From an uncultured Bacilli bacterium (lineage in GTDB: Bacteria > Bacillota_I > Bacilli_A > RF39 > UBA660): a stretch of DNA of 64,000 nucleotides. A program made the translations under genes and the position numbers. Shown here in pieces: positions 10,033 to 20,457 of the stretch. Below the pieces are notes generated by a model. It was not told where the DNA came from. It did not search any database and worked only from the letters and a program-made list of their open reading frames with translations. The DNA is taken from positions 108,562 to 172,561 of the forward strand of contig CAKOHH010000001.1 of NCBI GenBank assembly GCA_934085675.1, given 5' to 3'. How positions within the stretch are numbered: position 1 is the first letter of the stretch; every line of letters starts with the position of its first letter.

Positions 10033-11301
10033 ATGTTTACAGAGTATGATTATCAAAATGAACCAATTGTTGATATCGTTAATGAAATGCTAGTGGATGC
10101 TGCCAAAAAAAGGGCCAGTGATATCCACATGGACCCAACCCCTGATGTTTTAAATATAAGAATTAGGGTTGATGGAGAACTTATTTTATACGCTAAAGTA
10201 CCCGCGGCGGTTAAGAAAAATTTAGTCACCCGGGTGAAAATTATTTCAGGCATGAATATTACTGAGTCAAGAGTACCTCAAGATGGAGCTATCAAAATGA
10301 CAGTAGATGGCAAAGATTTAGACTTTCGTGTTTCGACACTGCCAATTGTTTATGGAGAAAAAGTCGTTATTCGTCTTTTAGATTATTCAGCTACCCAAGC
10401 ATCATTAGATAGCCTAGGTTTTTCAGAAGAAAACTTAGGTAAATTAAAAGAAGCAATGAATAAACCAAATGGCATTATTTTAGTAACTGGAGCCACAGGT
10501 TCTGGTAAATCAACAACAGTATATTCTATTTTACAATCTTTAAATTGTGTTGAAAGAAATATTATCACCGTTGAAGACCCCGTCGAGATGAAAATAGCCG
10601 GCATTAACCAAGTCCAAACTATGAGTGAAATTGGTCTTACCTTTGCCAGTGCTCTTCGTTCTATTTTAAGACAAGACCCCGACATTATCATGATTGGTGA
10701 GATTCGTGATAATGAAACTGCCCGTATTGCCGTTCGTGCATCTATCACAGGACACCTTGTCCTATCTACTATCCATACTAATAACTCTTTAACAACTATC
10801 GAAAGACTTGTAGATATGGATGTTGAAAGATATTTACTAGGTTCTGCCTTAGAAGCCATTGTTTCTCAAAGACTTTGCAAAAAACTTTGTCCAAAATGTC
10901 GCCGACCAAGAAAAACGACTGACTATGAAAAAAGAGTTATGAAAGAAGCTTTAAAAATGGATATTGATAACATTTATGAACCGGTCGGATGTGATGAATG
11001 TTACAAAGGCTACAAAGGACGTATTGCTTTACAAGAAGTTTTAGTTTTAAATCAAGAAATAAGAGATGCGATTGTCAATAACGCGACTAAAGAAGAACTA
11101 AGGGTACTTATTTACAACAATGGCCATACTTTAAAGTTATTAGATGATGGTTTAATCAAGGTTATTAACGGTTTAACAAGTTTTGAAGAAGTTTTAAGAG
11201 TTATTGATATTAAAGATGACTTAGGTGAAGGTGAATCTGATTTAAAAGACGCTTTAATTGGTAAAAAATCTTCTAAAACAATAGAGGTTGATACTTTATA
11301 A
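10033..11301 (+). CDS. comGA: GspE/PilB-family secretion ATPase (ComGA-like competence/type IV pilus assembly ATPase)
   Basis: Walker A GATGSGKST, Asp box, Walker B, His box. Tetracysteine motif CKKLCPKC...CDEC. 422 aa. No other comG/pil genes are adjacent. Confidence 0.8.
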   Translation: MFTEYDYQNEPIVDIVNEMLVDAAKKRASDIHMDPTPDVLNIRIRVDGELILYAKVPAAVKKNLVTRVKIISGMNITESRVPQDGAIKMTVDGKDLDFRVSTLPIVYGEKVVIRLLDYSATQASLDSLGFSEENLGKLKEAMNKPNGIILVTGATGSGKSTTVYSILQSLNCVERNIITVEDPVEMKIAGINQVQTMSEIGLTFASALRSILRQDPDIIMIGEIRDNETARIAVRASITGHLVLSTIHTNNSLTTIERLVDMDVERYLLGSALEAIVSQRLCKKLCPKCRRPRKTTDYEKRVMKEALKMDIDNIYEPVGCDECYKGYKGRIALQEVLVLNQEIRDAIVNNATKEELRVLIYNNGHTLKLLDDGLIKVINGLTSFEEVLRVIDIKDDLGEGESDLKDALIGKKSSKTIEVDTL

Positions 11302-11313
11302 AAATTTAAAAAG

Positions 11314-11925
11314 TTATTCGAAGACGGCATCCGTAATAAAATAACTTTTTTTATATTCTTTAACCATTTTTTCTAAATGGTGAATACCATAAATAAATAC
11401 TTCTTTATTTTGACTAATAAAATAATTTTCTAAATGTGAAGTCATAATATTTTCAAGCAAACATATAAAATCATAATTTTGATAATCATTTTCACTATTT
11501 AAGACATAGTTTAAAACACCTACTTTTATTTTTAGATTATTTAAAGCAAGATTATTTATAATTCTATTATAAAAACTCATTACATAAATATTTTGATACT
11601 CGTATTTTTGAAGAATTATACTTAAATGTTTGATATCACAATTCATTTCTTTTATTTCTAATAATATAATCTTATTGGTTTTAAGTTTTAAGACATTTTC
11701 TAAAAGAGGAATATTATCCTTTTTTAATTCTTTATAATTTGTTAAAGAAATAATTTTTCCTTTATAAATAGGATTATGACATATAACAAAAACATGATCT
11801 TTTGTAGTCCTAACATCACATTCAAATCCTACATAGTGAGGATTATTTAAACATTCTTCAAAAGCTTTCAAAGTATTTTCTTTCGCTTCTTTTTTGAGGC
11901 CTCGATGGGCAATTAAATGATTCAT
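11314..11925 (-). CDS. Glycerophosphodiester phosphodiesterase family protein
   Basis: IAHRG..KEAKENTLKAFE GDPD signature at the N-terminus. Confidence 0.7.
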   Translation of the reverse strand: MNHLIAHRGLKKEAKENTLKAFEECLNNPHYVGFECDVRTTKDHVFVICHNPIYKGKIISLTNYKELKKDNIPLLENVLKLKTNKIILLEIKEMNCDIKHLSIILQKYEYQNIYVMSFYNRIINNLALNNLKIKVGVLNYVLNSENDYQNYDFICLLENIMTSHLENYFISQNKEVFIYGIHHLEKMVKEYKKSYFITDAVFE

Positions 11926-11950
11926 AATATATCATATGAAAAAGATGAGT

Positions 11951-12385
11951 TTATAAAACAATAATTTTAAATAAAAGACCAATAATTAAAAAACAGACAA
12001 GAGAAACATACAGTTTTAAATGAGGAATTTCTTTTGGTTTTTCATCTTCTTCATATGTTTCTTTAAAAACAGGAGTAGCTTCTTCTTTTTTATTTATATA
12101 AAAAACATAATTTTCTTCACTCGAATCAGAATTTAGGATATGTAAAATTGTTTTATTTTTTTCTTTTATCACATTGACAGTTGCCTTTTTATCATTTAAA
12201 TCATAAGATAATTTTAATTCTTCTTCATTATCATTTAAAGTAACTGAATATAAATTATTATCTTTATTAAAAGGCATGGAAAGAGTGCCATTTAAAACTT
12301 GAAGATTTGTAATACTTTGAGCAGATGTTAACATTGGCCAAAAAAAGCAAAACAAAAAGAATAAGATTTTTTTCATAAAGTTCAC
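11951..12385 (-). CDS. Hypothetical secreted protein with C-terminal membrane anchor
   Basis: Signal peptide MKKILFFLFCFFWPMLTSAQS; C-terminal hydrophobic segment. Confidence 0.4.
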   Translation of the reverse strand: MNFMKKILFFLFCFFWPMLTSAQSITNLQVLNGTLSMPFNKDNNLYSVTLNDNEEELKLSYDLNDKKATVNVIKEKNKTILHILNSDSSEENYVFYINKKEEATPVFKETYEEDEKPKEIPHLKLYVSLVCFLIIGLLFKIIVL

Positions 12386-12424
12386 CTATATTTAAAGTGT
12401 CCTTTTTTTCTTATTCTATGCTAT

Positions 12425-13510
12425 TTAAATCATTTTTAATAAAATTTCATTCATAATATAAAATTTATCTTTAGGAATAAAGATGTAGCCATTCTCTTCT
12501 TTCAAATCTTTATTTTTTAAAAGAGGTTTAATAGGATAACAATCTTCCATATTTCTGCCAAATTTTTGTTTAAATTTTGTAAGAGAAATGCCCTCACACT
12601 TGCGAAAGCCTAACATAAGTTCATTATCCATCACATCTTTTAAAGACAATATCTCTTCTTCTTTTTGGTAAAAGCCTGCTAAATATTTGGTTAAACTTTT
12701 CGTATTAGTATAACGAATATCATCTATATAACCACTAGCACCTAGACCAAAACCATAATATTCTTCATTGTTCCAATAAGTTAAATTGTGCTTTGACTCA
12801 TAGCCATCTTTAGCAAAATTAGAAACTTCATAATGATGATAGCCCTTCTTTTCGAGCATTTTTATAATTGTTTTATACATCAAAGCATCTACATCTTCAC
12901 TAATGGGCTTTACATTTTGCTTAGAAAGCATCGTATGTGGTTCAATCATTAAACTATAGGTACTAATATGATTGGGCTCTAATTCTAATAAAAGGGTAAG
13001 ATCTTTTTTTAAAATGGAAAGATCTTCTGTTGGTAAAGCATACATTAAATCAATGTTAACATTTTCAAAACCTAAACGACGAATTAAAGCCATTTTTTCT
13101 TTGGCTTCTAAAAAAGTATGTTGTCGATTTAAAAAGGTAAGATTTGTTTCATTAAAAGATTGAATTCCTATACTTAAACGATTAACACCTTTTAGTTTTA
13201 AAAGATAAAGTATTTCTTCAGTAATATCATCTAAATTACATTCAAAAGTAAATTCAACTTGAGATTCTAAATGAAAAACTTGACAAATTTCTAATAATTT
13301 TTTGATTTGACTTAAAGATAAACAAGAAGGCGTACCACCTCCAATATAAATTGTTTTAATTTTTTCATCGAGATAGTGGTCTAAAATTTCCTCATTTAAT
13401 TTATCAAGATAAAGATCTACCCAATCTTTTTTATAATATAATTTGCAAAAATCACAATAGGAACAAATATTTTTACAAAAAGGAATATGAATATAAACGC
13501 TTTTACTCAT
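12425..13510 (-). CDS. hemW: Radical SAM heme chaperone HemW (HemN-like, oxygen-independent coproporphyrinogen III oxidase family)
   Basis: CKNICSYCDFC radical-SAM cysteine motif near the N-terminus. Adjacent to lepA, as in Bacillus. Confidence 0.8.
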   Translation of the reverse strand: MSKSVYIHIPFCKNICSYCDFCKLYYKKDWVDLYLDKLNEEILDHYLDEKIKTIYIGGGTPSCLSLSQIKKLLEICQVFHLESQVEFTFECNLDDITEEILYLLKLKGVNRLSIGIQSFNETNLTFLNRQHTFLEAKEKMALIRRLGFENVNIDLMYALPTEDLSILKKDLTLLLELEPNHISTYSLMIEPHTMLSKQNVKPISEDVDALMYKTIIKMLEKKGYHHYEVSNFAKDGYESKHNLTYWNNEEYYGFGLGASGYIDDIRYTNTKSLTKYLAGFYQKEEEILSLKDVMDNELMLGFRKCEGISLTKFKQKFGRNMEDCYPIKPLLKNKDLKEENGYIFIPKDKFYIMNEILLKMI

Positions 13511-14804
13511 TTTTTCTACTCTTTTTTAAAGTTCTTTGAAAATAATAATCTAGATATTCATTACAACTAGTTAAACTATCTCTCAAATATTCTGGACAAC
13601 GTTCTTTAATGGTATTTCTAGAAACCGGAATTTGTTTGTAAGGGATACAATATTTAATTTTATATTGCACAATATTGGCAATATCTTCATCAGATAAAGG
13701 AGTACGATTTTGGAAATGCTTTTTAATGGTATTACGATAAGCAGTATCATCAAAACGGCCAATAATTTCTTGATATTTTTTATCATATGCACCAGTTACA
13801 CTGCAATAAGCAATATAAAAAATATCTTCATTACATTTATCTTTTTTAGCTTTATCTTTTTCAATAACTTGCTTTTGCATCGCAGTTAATGGTTCTTTTT
13901 GTTGCTCTTTTTTTCTAAAATATTCGACATAGGCTGTTTCAATGCAAAAAAGATATTTTAAGGCAAAAGAGTATTCTGAAGGTGAATTAGATAACATAAA
14001 CGTCTTTAAGCCTTCATGGTCTTGATATCCTAAAATTTCACATAAATCATAAATAGATAAACGATAAGTAAGGGCCAATTGACACCAATAATTAAGACGT
14101 TCAGCTACTTTATCGTAATTTTCTTTGTAATTTTTTTTTACTGGTTTGCACGCAAATAAACTGCAATTAGGATTTGCTTCTCGATTACTTTCCTTCATTT
14201 TTTGATAGTATGTAACAAGTTTTTCTTTTTCACTCGCGGTAAAAAAGTTGTTTAAAAAATGCAATTCATCGTTGCCAAGAAATATTATACGAACGGTACG
14301 TGTTTCAAGTCCACATTGATGGGCTAAATGATCTAAGGTATCCACACAACCATTTTCAATAAATTGTTTAAAAACCGTAATTCTTTGTTTTAAACGTTTA
14401 TAATTTGTTATATCTTGACTAGGGGCAAAACCACTTAAATCAACGTTTTTTTCTTCCAAAAGTTCTAATTTTTTATATAATTCTATTCTTCTTTGAATAG
14501 CTATGTTTCTTTGTAATCCTAATATTCTCTTAGCTGTTTCTTCGTTATATAAACTACTATTAGGCTTAGTGATACAACCTAGATACTTAGCCACATCAAT
14601 TCTGGACATATTTAACTTATTACCAATTTCCTCATTAGAATAACCTTGTAAGGAAAGTTGAACGATTTTATCCGTTATCATTAATAGTTTACCAAAAAAA
14701 GCATTGATTTCTTCAGTTTTTATGTACTCTGGTTTATCGGCTTTTATCTGTTCAAAAGTAAACCCCTTTTTTATTTGAATAATAATTTTAGATTCTTTTA
14801 TCAT
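13503..14804 (-). CDS. Hypothetical protein with N-terminal sigma-70 region-4/LuxR-type HTH
   Basis: SLQGYSNEEIGNKLNMSRIDVAKYLG resembles an HTH. 433 aa and Cys-rich. Occupies the position hrcA holds in Bacillus (between lepA and hemW), but does not look like HrcA. Confidence 0.35.
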   Translation of the reverse strand: MIKESKIIIQIKKGFTFEQIKADKPEYIKTEEINAFFGKLLMITDKIVQLSLQGYSNEEIGNKLNMSRIDVAKYLGCITKPNSSLYNEETAKRILGLQRNIAIQRRIELYKKLELLEEKNVDLSGFAPSQDITNYKRLKQRITVFKQFIENGCVDTLDHLAHQCGLETRTVRIIFLGNDELHFLNNFFTASEKEKLVTYYQKMKESNREANPNCSLFACKPVKKNYKENYDKVAERLNYWCQLALTYRLSIYDLCEILGYQDHEGLKTFMLSNSPSEYSFALKYLFCIETAYVEYFRKKEQQKEPLTAMQKQVIEKDKAKKDKCNEDIFYIAYCSVTGAYDKKYQEIIGRFDDTAYRNTIKKHFQNRTPLSDEDIANIVQYKIKYCIPYKQIPVSRNTIKERCPEYLRDSLTSCNEYLDYYFQRTLKKSRKNE

Positions 14805-14880
14805 AATTTTTTATTACTAACAACTTTAGTAATATCCTCCTTTATTTTAAAATCTTTTTGCTTTTTAAACCAACTGGCTT

Positions 14881-16686
14881 TTATTTATCTTCACCACTTA
14901 ATATGCTTAAAAAGGCTTCACTAGGAATTTCAACACTACCAATCATTTTCATTCTTTTTTTACCCTCTTTTTGTTTTTCTAGCAATTTTCTTTTACGTGT
15001 AATGTCGCCACCATAACATTTTGCTAAAACATTTTTTCGCATAGCACTAATGTTTTCTCTAGCAATTACCTTCGAGCCAATCTGAGCTTGAATAGGTATT
15101 TGAAACATTTGTCTTGGAATTACTTCTTTTAATTTTTCAACAACACTTCTTCCCCTTTGATACGCAAAATCTTTATGAACAATGACCGATAAAGCATCAA
15201 CAATTTCTCCGTTTAACAAAATATTCATCTTAACAAGATTACTTGTCCGATAGCCACAAAGTTCATAATCTAAAGAGGCATAACCTTTAGTATAACTTTT
15301 TAATTTATCGAAAAAATCATAAACTACTTCTGATAAGGGAATTTCATAATGAATATTTACCCGTTTATCATCAATATATTCCATTTCCTTATAAATTCCT
15401 CTTTTATCTTGACACAGATTCATAATAGCCCCGATGTATTCACTTGGGACAATAATATTGGTATAAATATAAGGCTCTTCAATATAGGAAATTTTAACCT
15501 GTTCAGGCATTTTATTAGGACTATCTACCTCAATCATTTCCCCATTTGTTAAAGTAACATGATAAATAACACTAGGGCTAGTAGCAATAACCGAAAGACC
15601 AAATTCTCTTTCTAATCTTGTCGTGATGATATCCATATGTAATAGGCCTAAAAAACCAACACGAAAGCCAAAACCTAAAGCATCGGATGTCTCAGGTTCA
15701 ATTGTTAGTGCCGCATCATTTAATTTCAACTTTTCAAAAGCTTCTTTTAGTGCTTCATATTTATTAGGCTCAATTGGAAAAATTCCTGAATAAACCATTG
15801 GTTTCATTTTTTTATAACCATGAATTGGTTCAGAAGCCTGACGATTTAAATTAGTAATTGTATCCCCAACTTCAACAGAAGTGATGTCTTTAATAGCGCC
15901 AGCAAAGTAACCTACTTCACCACTTAAAAGTTCGTTTACATGTTTTTCTCTTGGACAATGCACACCGAGTTCAGTGACCTCAAATGATTTTTTACCGGCC
16001 ATAAAATACATGTTGTCTTTAAGTTTTAAAGAACCATCTTCTACTTTAATTAAACCAACAACACCTTTATAAGGATCAAAATAACTATCAAAGATTAAAG
16101 CTCTAAGTGGTTTATCATTTTCTATTTTGGGAGCTGGTATTCTTTTAATAACCTCTTCGATAAGTTCTTTTACACCTTGACCAGTTTTACCTGAGCAAAG
16201 AAGAATTTCTTCATCTTTAAATCCCAGCACTCTTTTTAATTCTTCTTTCACTTTAGGAATGTTGGCATTCGGTAAATCTATTTTATTAATAACAGGAATA
16301 ATAGTTAAATCAGCATTCATTGCTAAATAAAGGTTAGCCAATGTTTGGGCCTCAATTCCTTGCGCTGCATCCACTACTAAAATAGCTCCTTCACAAGCAG
16401 CAAGACTACGACTAACTTCATAAGAAAAATCGACATGGCCGGGAGTATCTATTAAATTTAAATAATATTGTTCATTTTCATACTGATAAGTTAAACTTAC
16501 TGCATTTAATTTAATGGTGATACCTCTTTCTCTTTCTAAATCCATACTATCAAGAACTTGGCCAACCATTTCTCTTTCACTTACGGCGCCGGTGATTTCT
16601 AAAATACGATCAGCTAAAGTACTTTTTCCATGATCAATATGCGCAATGATGGAAAAATTTCGAATATTTTCTTGCTTTTTTTTCAT
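14881..16686 (-). CDS. lepA: Elongation factor 4 (LepA)
   Basis: [21 protein letters not shown]1 motif, DTPGHVDF. 601 aa with the characteristic LepA C-terminus. Confidence 0.95.
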   Translation of the reverse strand: MKKKQENIRNFSIIAHIDHGKSTLADRILEITGAVSEREMVGQVLDSMDLERERGITIKLNAVSLTYQYENEQYYLNLIDTPGHVDFSYEVSRSLAACEGAILVVDAAQGIEAQTLANLYLAMNADLTIIPVINKIDLPNANIPKVKEELKRVLGFKDEEILLCSGKTGQGVKELIEEVIKRIPAPKIENDKPLRALIFDSYFDPYKGVVGLIKVEDGSLKLKDNMYFMAGKKSFEVTELGVHCPREKHVNELLSGEVGYFAGAIKDITSVEVGDTITNLNRQASEPIHGYKKMKPMVYSGIFPIEPNKYEALKEAFEKLKLNDAALTIEPETSDALGFGFRVGFLGLLHMDIITTRLEREFGLSVIATSPSVIYHVTLTNGEMIEVDSPNKMPEQVKISYIEEPYIYTNIIVPSEYIGAIMNLCQDKRGIYKEMEYIDDKRVNIHYEIPLSEVVYDFFDKLKSYTKGYASLDYELCGYRTSNLVKMNILLNGEIVDALSVIVHKDFAYQRGRSVVEKLKEVIPRQMFQIPIQAQIGSKVIARENISAMRKNVLAKCYGGDITRKRKLLEKQKEGKKRMKMIGSVEIPSEAFLSILSGEDK

Positions 16687-16751
16687 TTTTCAACACCTTT
16701 TGTTATTATACAAAAAAAGAGCACTTTAGTAAACTTTTTTTAAAAAGTAAT

Positions 16752-17081
16752 TTAAGTAAATAAAATTTTGAAAATATTAACCAATTCATTAATACCTTTA
16801 GACATAAACTTTTCGATAATCTTTGAAAAATCAATCCCTAATTTTGTAGCCCCATTAGAATAATCTTTTTTTATATCAGTCAAATAATCTTTAATATCTA
16901 CATTTTTTCCAGCTCGAACATCTTCTTCAAATTGTTTCATGGCTTCATCAGTAATTGTCGCTTTTTCGCTTAGTTTAGCTTCATAGTATCCTGATGAAAT
17001 AGCAATAGTTAAAGATAAATATAAAATGAATAAAACAGCTAAAATTTTTAAAAAAATAGGTTCTTTTTTTTTACTTTCCAT
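16752..17081 (-). CDS. Small membrane protein, hypothetical
   Basis: 109 aa with an N-terminal TM segment. Confidence 0.35.
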   Translation of the reverse strand: MESKKKEPIFLKILAVLFILYLSLTIAISSGYYEAKLSEKATITDEAMKQFEEDVRAGKNVDIKDYLTDIKKDYSNGATKLGIDFSKIIEKFMSKGINELVNIFKILFT

Positions 17082-18009
17082 TTCCTAATATCACTTCCTT
17101 TAAAACTTTGGCAAGTATTAAAAGTGTATTATTAACTTCACTTATCTTATTATATTGTCCTCCAAGCTCAAAAAGAAGGGCGTTTGATGAAAAATCTTGA
17201 TTGTATATTCCATTTACACCTTGTCCACCTTTTTTTAGAACACCTCTACTCAAATGAGGAATTTCTTTATTCACCATCTCACTTATTTTTTCTGCTAATG
17301 CTAAGTTTTCCCGATAATTATCATGGTCTGTACCTATTACAAATAAAATTTTGGCATAAGATTTATTTTGATAAGAAATCGTACTTGCTTCATAAGAAAT
17401 CGAGTCACGATGAATATCAAAAAAATATTTTAAAGTTTGATTTTTACTTAAAGCATCTTGCATTAAAAATTTGCTTGCTTTATAACTGGAAGCATAATTC
17501 CAACCATTTATTTTTAAAACATTTTTAATAGGCGTTGTTTCCATAATCGTTTTAATATTTAAGTTATTCAGTTCTTCCCTTAATTTATAACCTGCTAACA
17601 TAACAGTTGGAATTACATCATGATTAGAAAGACCATTACTACTATATTCTTCTCCCTGATGAGTATTATATAAATAAACAGCAGGATTAGTTTTATTTTC
17701 TAGAGGCGCAGGATCAGCCAGGTACTCTTGAATAGCCTCTGCCCCATTATAAACTTCATCAACATTTTTACTTTGACCTATCGTATAATTAAGAAGATAA
17801 TCTAAAACATTATTATGTACGGTGATTTGTGAAGATGGTTTAAACATACTTTTTAAAATAAAGTCTAAAAATTTATCCGTGTTAAACAAATGAGCAAAAT
17901 AAGATAAGAAAAAAGCAAAACTTATTACAAGAGCACTTAGATTGAGTAAAAAGAAATTTCTTTTTTTCTTCGTTTTAAATCTCTTAGCCATATTATCACC
18001 TAAAAGCAT
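17071..18009 (-). CDS. spoIIP: Stage II sporulation protein P (SpoIIP) family
   Basis: N-terminal TM; VYLYNTHQGEEYS and LLFELGGQYN motifs characteristic of SpoIIP. Confidence 0.65.
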   Translation of the reverse strand: MLLGDNMAKRFKTKKKRNFFLLNLSALVISFAFFLSYFAHLFNTDKFLDFILKSMFKPSSQITVHNNVLDYLLNYTIGQSKNVDEVYNGAEAIQEYLADPAPLENKTNPAVYLYNTHQGEEYSSNGLSNHDVIPTVMLAGYKLREELNNLNIKTIMETTPIKNVLKINGWNYASSYKASKFLMQDALSKNQTLKYFFDIHRDSISYEASTISYQNKSYAKILFVIGTDHDNYRENLALAEKISEMVNKEIPHLSRGVLKKGGQGVNGIYNQDFSSNALLFELGGQYNKISEVNNTLLILAKVLKEVILGNGK

Positions 18010-18099
18010 TATATAAAAAGATGAAGAAATATATTGTCGGATTTTAATGTTTATATAGCATAAAAAAACACTTAACTAAAAAATTAAGTGTTAATTATA

Positions 18100-18960
18100 T
18101 TAAGACGGTTGCTTCAATTTTTCGATTTCTTTTTCAGTCAAGCCTGTCACTTTAGAAATATAATTGATATCGTTTGTTTCCTTTAATAAGTTTCTGGCAA
18201 CAATATCAATTCCTTTACTCATACCGATACTGATTCCTTGACTTTTACCAATATCAATTCCTTCTTCACGCCCATAATCACGAGCCTTTTTAAACATACT
18301 TCTTTCTTCATTCATTACTTCATCGCTTAAAAGGGCATTCATATACTCATCCATTGTCATAATTGTTCTCCATTTCTGTTTTAGTTTGTCTCGTTCTTCT
18401 TCACTATTTGCTTTTAAATATCTTAAAATATCTAAAAACTCTTCATCACTTATGCCTACATTATAATTAAGTTTATCTAGTAAATCAAGACGTATGTAAT
18501 AAATTTGAATATCATCTGTTAAAGGATAGCCTTGTTCTTCTAAGAAATATCTTTGCACTAATTTATCTTGTAAAACACCTTTTTTAACATGGTCTACTAA
18601 ATTAATTTGGATAAACTTCTTCATTTTATGATATGGCATGCTTTTTTTTAGTTGACTACTATAACCACGACAAAGATAAACATTTGACTTTCTTAAGTTT
18701 TCTTCATTGAATGTTTTATAAGCTTCTAAGTTTAAAATGACATTGTCTCCTAAAAAAGCAAAAACATCGGCCCTGATATTTTTTTCTTTATAAGTTGCTT
18801 TTTTAAATGGATATTCATGACTTTTAATCTCAATTTGTTTTTCTAAGAAACCTTTAGGTAATCTTAAAACATTTTCTGAGATAACTTCAAGTGGTCGGGT
18901 GTATTCTTCATTTCCTAAGATATTTTTCACCCAGTAGTCTTCCATTAAATCAATTTTCAT
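18100..18960 (-). CDS. Rpn/YhgA-like PD-(D/E)XK recombination-promoting nuclease / putative transposase (copy 1)
   Basis: 286 aa. D...E.K nuclease motif (IRADVFAFL...ILNLEAYK). C-terminal Gly-periodic helix region EEGIDIGKSQGISIGMSKGIDIVARNLL...GLTEKEIEKL, typical of the Rpn family. A near-identical copy lies at 21866-22735. Confidence 0.5.
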   Translation of the reverse strand: MKIDLMEDYWVKNILGNEEYTRPLEVISENVLRLPKGFLEKQIEIKSHEYPFKKATYKEKNIRADVFAFLGDNVILNLEAYKTFNEENLRKSNVYLCRGYSSQLKKSMPYHKMKKFIQINLVDHVKKGVLQDKLVQRYFLEEQGYPLTDDIQIYYIRLDLLDKLNYNVGISDEEFLDILRYLKANSEEERDKLKQKWRTIMTMDEYMNALLSDEVMNEERSMFKKARDYGREEGIDIGKSQGISIGMSKGIDIVARNLLKETNDINYISKVTGLTEKEIEKLKQPS

Positions 18961-19054
18961 GATTTCTTTCTCCTTTCTAAGAAGATAAATAAATTACCTT
19001 CTACTTATATATTCAAAAAAAATCCTTGATTTCCTTTTTTTTAGTGAAAAAAAA

Positions 19055-19089
19055 TTGCAATTTCTTGCAATCTTGACATTTATTTGACA
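19055..19089 (-). promoter_or_regulatory. Direct-repeat motifs TTGCAA-N4-TTGCAA and TTGACA-N5-TTGACA in the rpn-like gene's upstream region
   Basis: Seen directly. Repeated in all three cassette copies (19055-19089, 21011-21045, 22833-22867). A8/T8/A8 homopolymers sit just next to them (19015-19054). Confidence 0.4.
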
Positions 19090-20457
19090 CTAATTAACAA
19101 TATAAGGATCTGTCATAGTGCCGGTTCCTGTAATTGTAACGCCAGACTTTAAATTAATAACCGGACGGCATGCCAGATTTCCACCTGAATATGTATCGTC
19201 AATCGCATAAAAACCAGCATTTTGAGCAGAAAAAATTTTAACCTGTGGGCTTTGAAAATAAGCATCATAATAGCCAGATGGTGTCATTGTCCAAAACTCG
19301 TTTCCAGCAACTAAATAATCATTTATATTTTTTTTTGCATTATTATATTTACCATTTACAATTCCACCAGCATGACCAGCAAACATTACTTCATCAATTG
19401 TAATTAATCCAACCGGATATGTTAAAACTTTATTACCTAAAGAAGAGGAAGAAACAGTATAATAATCACTTGCATTCTCACATACAAGTGTTGGCTTACT
19501 TGCCTCAACTCTTACATATGCTTTATAATAAGTTATCGTTTGTCCTATTCCTGTGTTTGAATCATTTGATAATGAACTGCGATCACCACAAAACCCAACA
19601 TTGATATCTAATTTTGATGCGTAACTCGAAAGTTTATCCGTATAGAACTTATCTACATTTGTTTTAATTTTTGATGATGTTCCCGTACCATGAGTTTCTC
19701 CTTCAGTATACATATAGCCTACATACATATTGTTATTAGAACTTGGATTAAATTGACTGGTGCCATATTGTCTATCTGTTGATGATTCGCCATTAGCATG
19801 GGCACTTGTACCATCATAAATCATTCTAATAGAACCATTGCTGTTTATTCTTATGATTCTCCAATAGTAACCTGCAAACTTGACATAATTGTTTTCTACT
19901 GAACCTCGATAATAATAAGTAGGCTTGCCATCATTGTCTGTTGTTTCATAAATTCCTTTTTCGTGGGATTCACATGAAGAATCATCACAGGCTGACTTTG
20001 TAAAATCTGGAGTATAACTATTAACTTCAATGTTTCCTAAAGCCGTTTTTAGTGTTTTAGCTGTTTTATTAAAATATAAAGTACATTTGGTTCTAGTATT
20101 ATCTGTTGCACTATAATTATAATAATCACCAATGAATTTCCAACCAGCATTATCCCAAGTTGGAACAACGCCATTATTACAGTTTGATTTTGTTTCATCT
20201 AAAGTGTAACCTGTATTTTGAAGAGGCATATTTCTTGATATAACCCCATCTATATAATAAGCAAAATAAATGTCTCCTGGATCTTCTACTGTGCCATTTA
20301 TGACATCAAAAGCTTTCTTTTCTTCATATAAAGCATAGGATTTATAAAATAAATAACTGCTTATGGAAAGTAAAAGAAATCCTATGACTAATATGACATA
20401 AGATTTTCTTTTATAATTATTGTCTTTATATCTTTTTAATTCCATTATCTTCACCAT
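19090..20457 (-). CDS. Secreted variable surface/exoprotein, family A1, paralog 1
   Basis: Sec signal with KSYA-LYEEK cleavage site. Conserved core YYYRGSVENNYVKFAGYYWRIIRINSNGSIRMIYDG. C-terminal tail RPVINLKSGVTITGTGTMTDPYIVN. Paralogous to 7 other ORFs in the window. Confidence 0.7.
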   Translation of the reverse strand: MVKIMELKRYKDNNYKRKSYVILVIGFLLLSISSYLFYKSYALYEEKKAFDVINGTVEDPGDIYFAYYIDGVISRNMPLQNTGYTLDETKSNCNNGVVPTWDNAGWKFIGDYYNYSATDNTRTKCTLYFNKTAKTLKTALGNIEVNSYTPDFTKSACDDSSCESHEKGIYETTDNDGKPTYYYRGSVENNYVKFAGYYWRIIRINSNGSIRMIYDGTSAHANGESSTDRQYGTSQFNPSSNNNMYVGYMYTEGETHGTGTSSKIKTNVDKFYTDKLSSYASKLDINVGFCGDRSSLSNDSNTGIGQTITYYKAYVRVEASKPTLVCENASDYYTVSSSSLGNKVLTYPVGLITIDEVMFAGHAGGIVNGKYNNAKKNINDYLVAGNEFWTMTPSGYYDAYFQSPQVKIFSAQNAGFYAIDDTYSGGNLACRPVINLKSGVTITGTGTMTDPYIVN

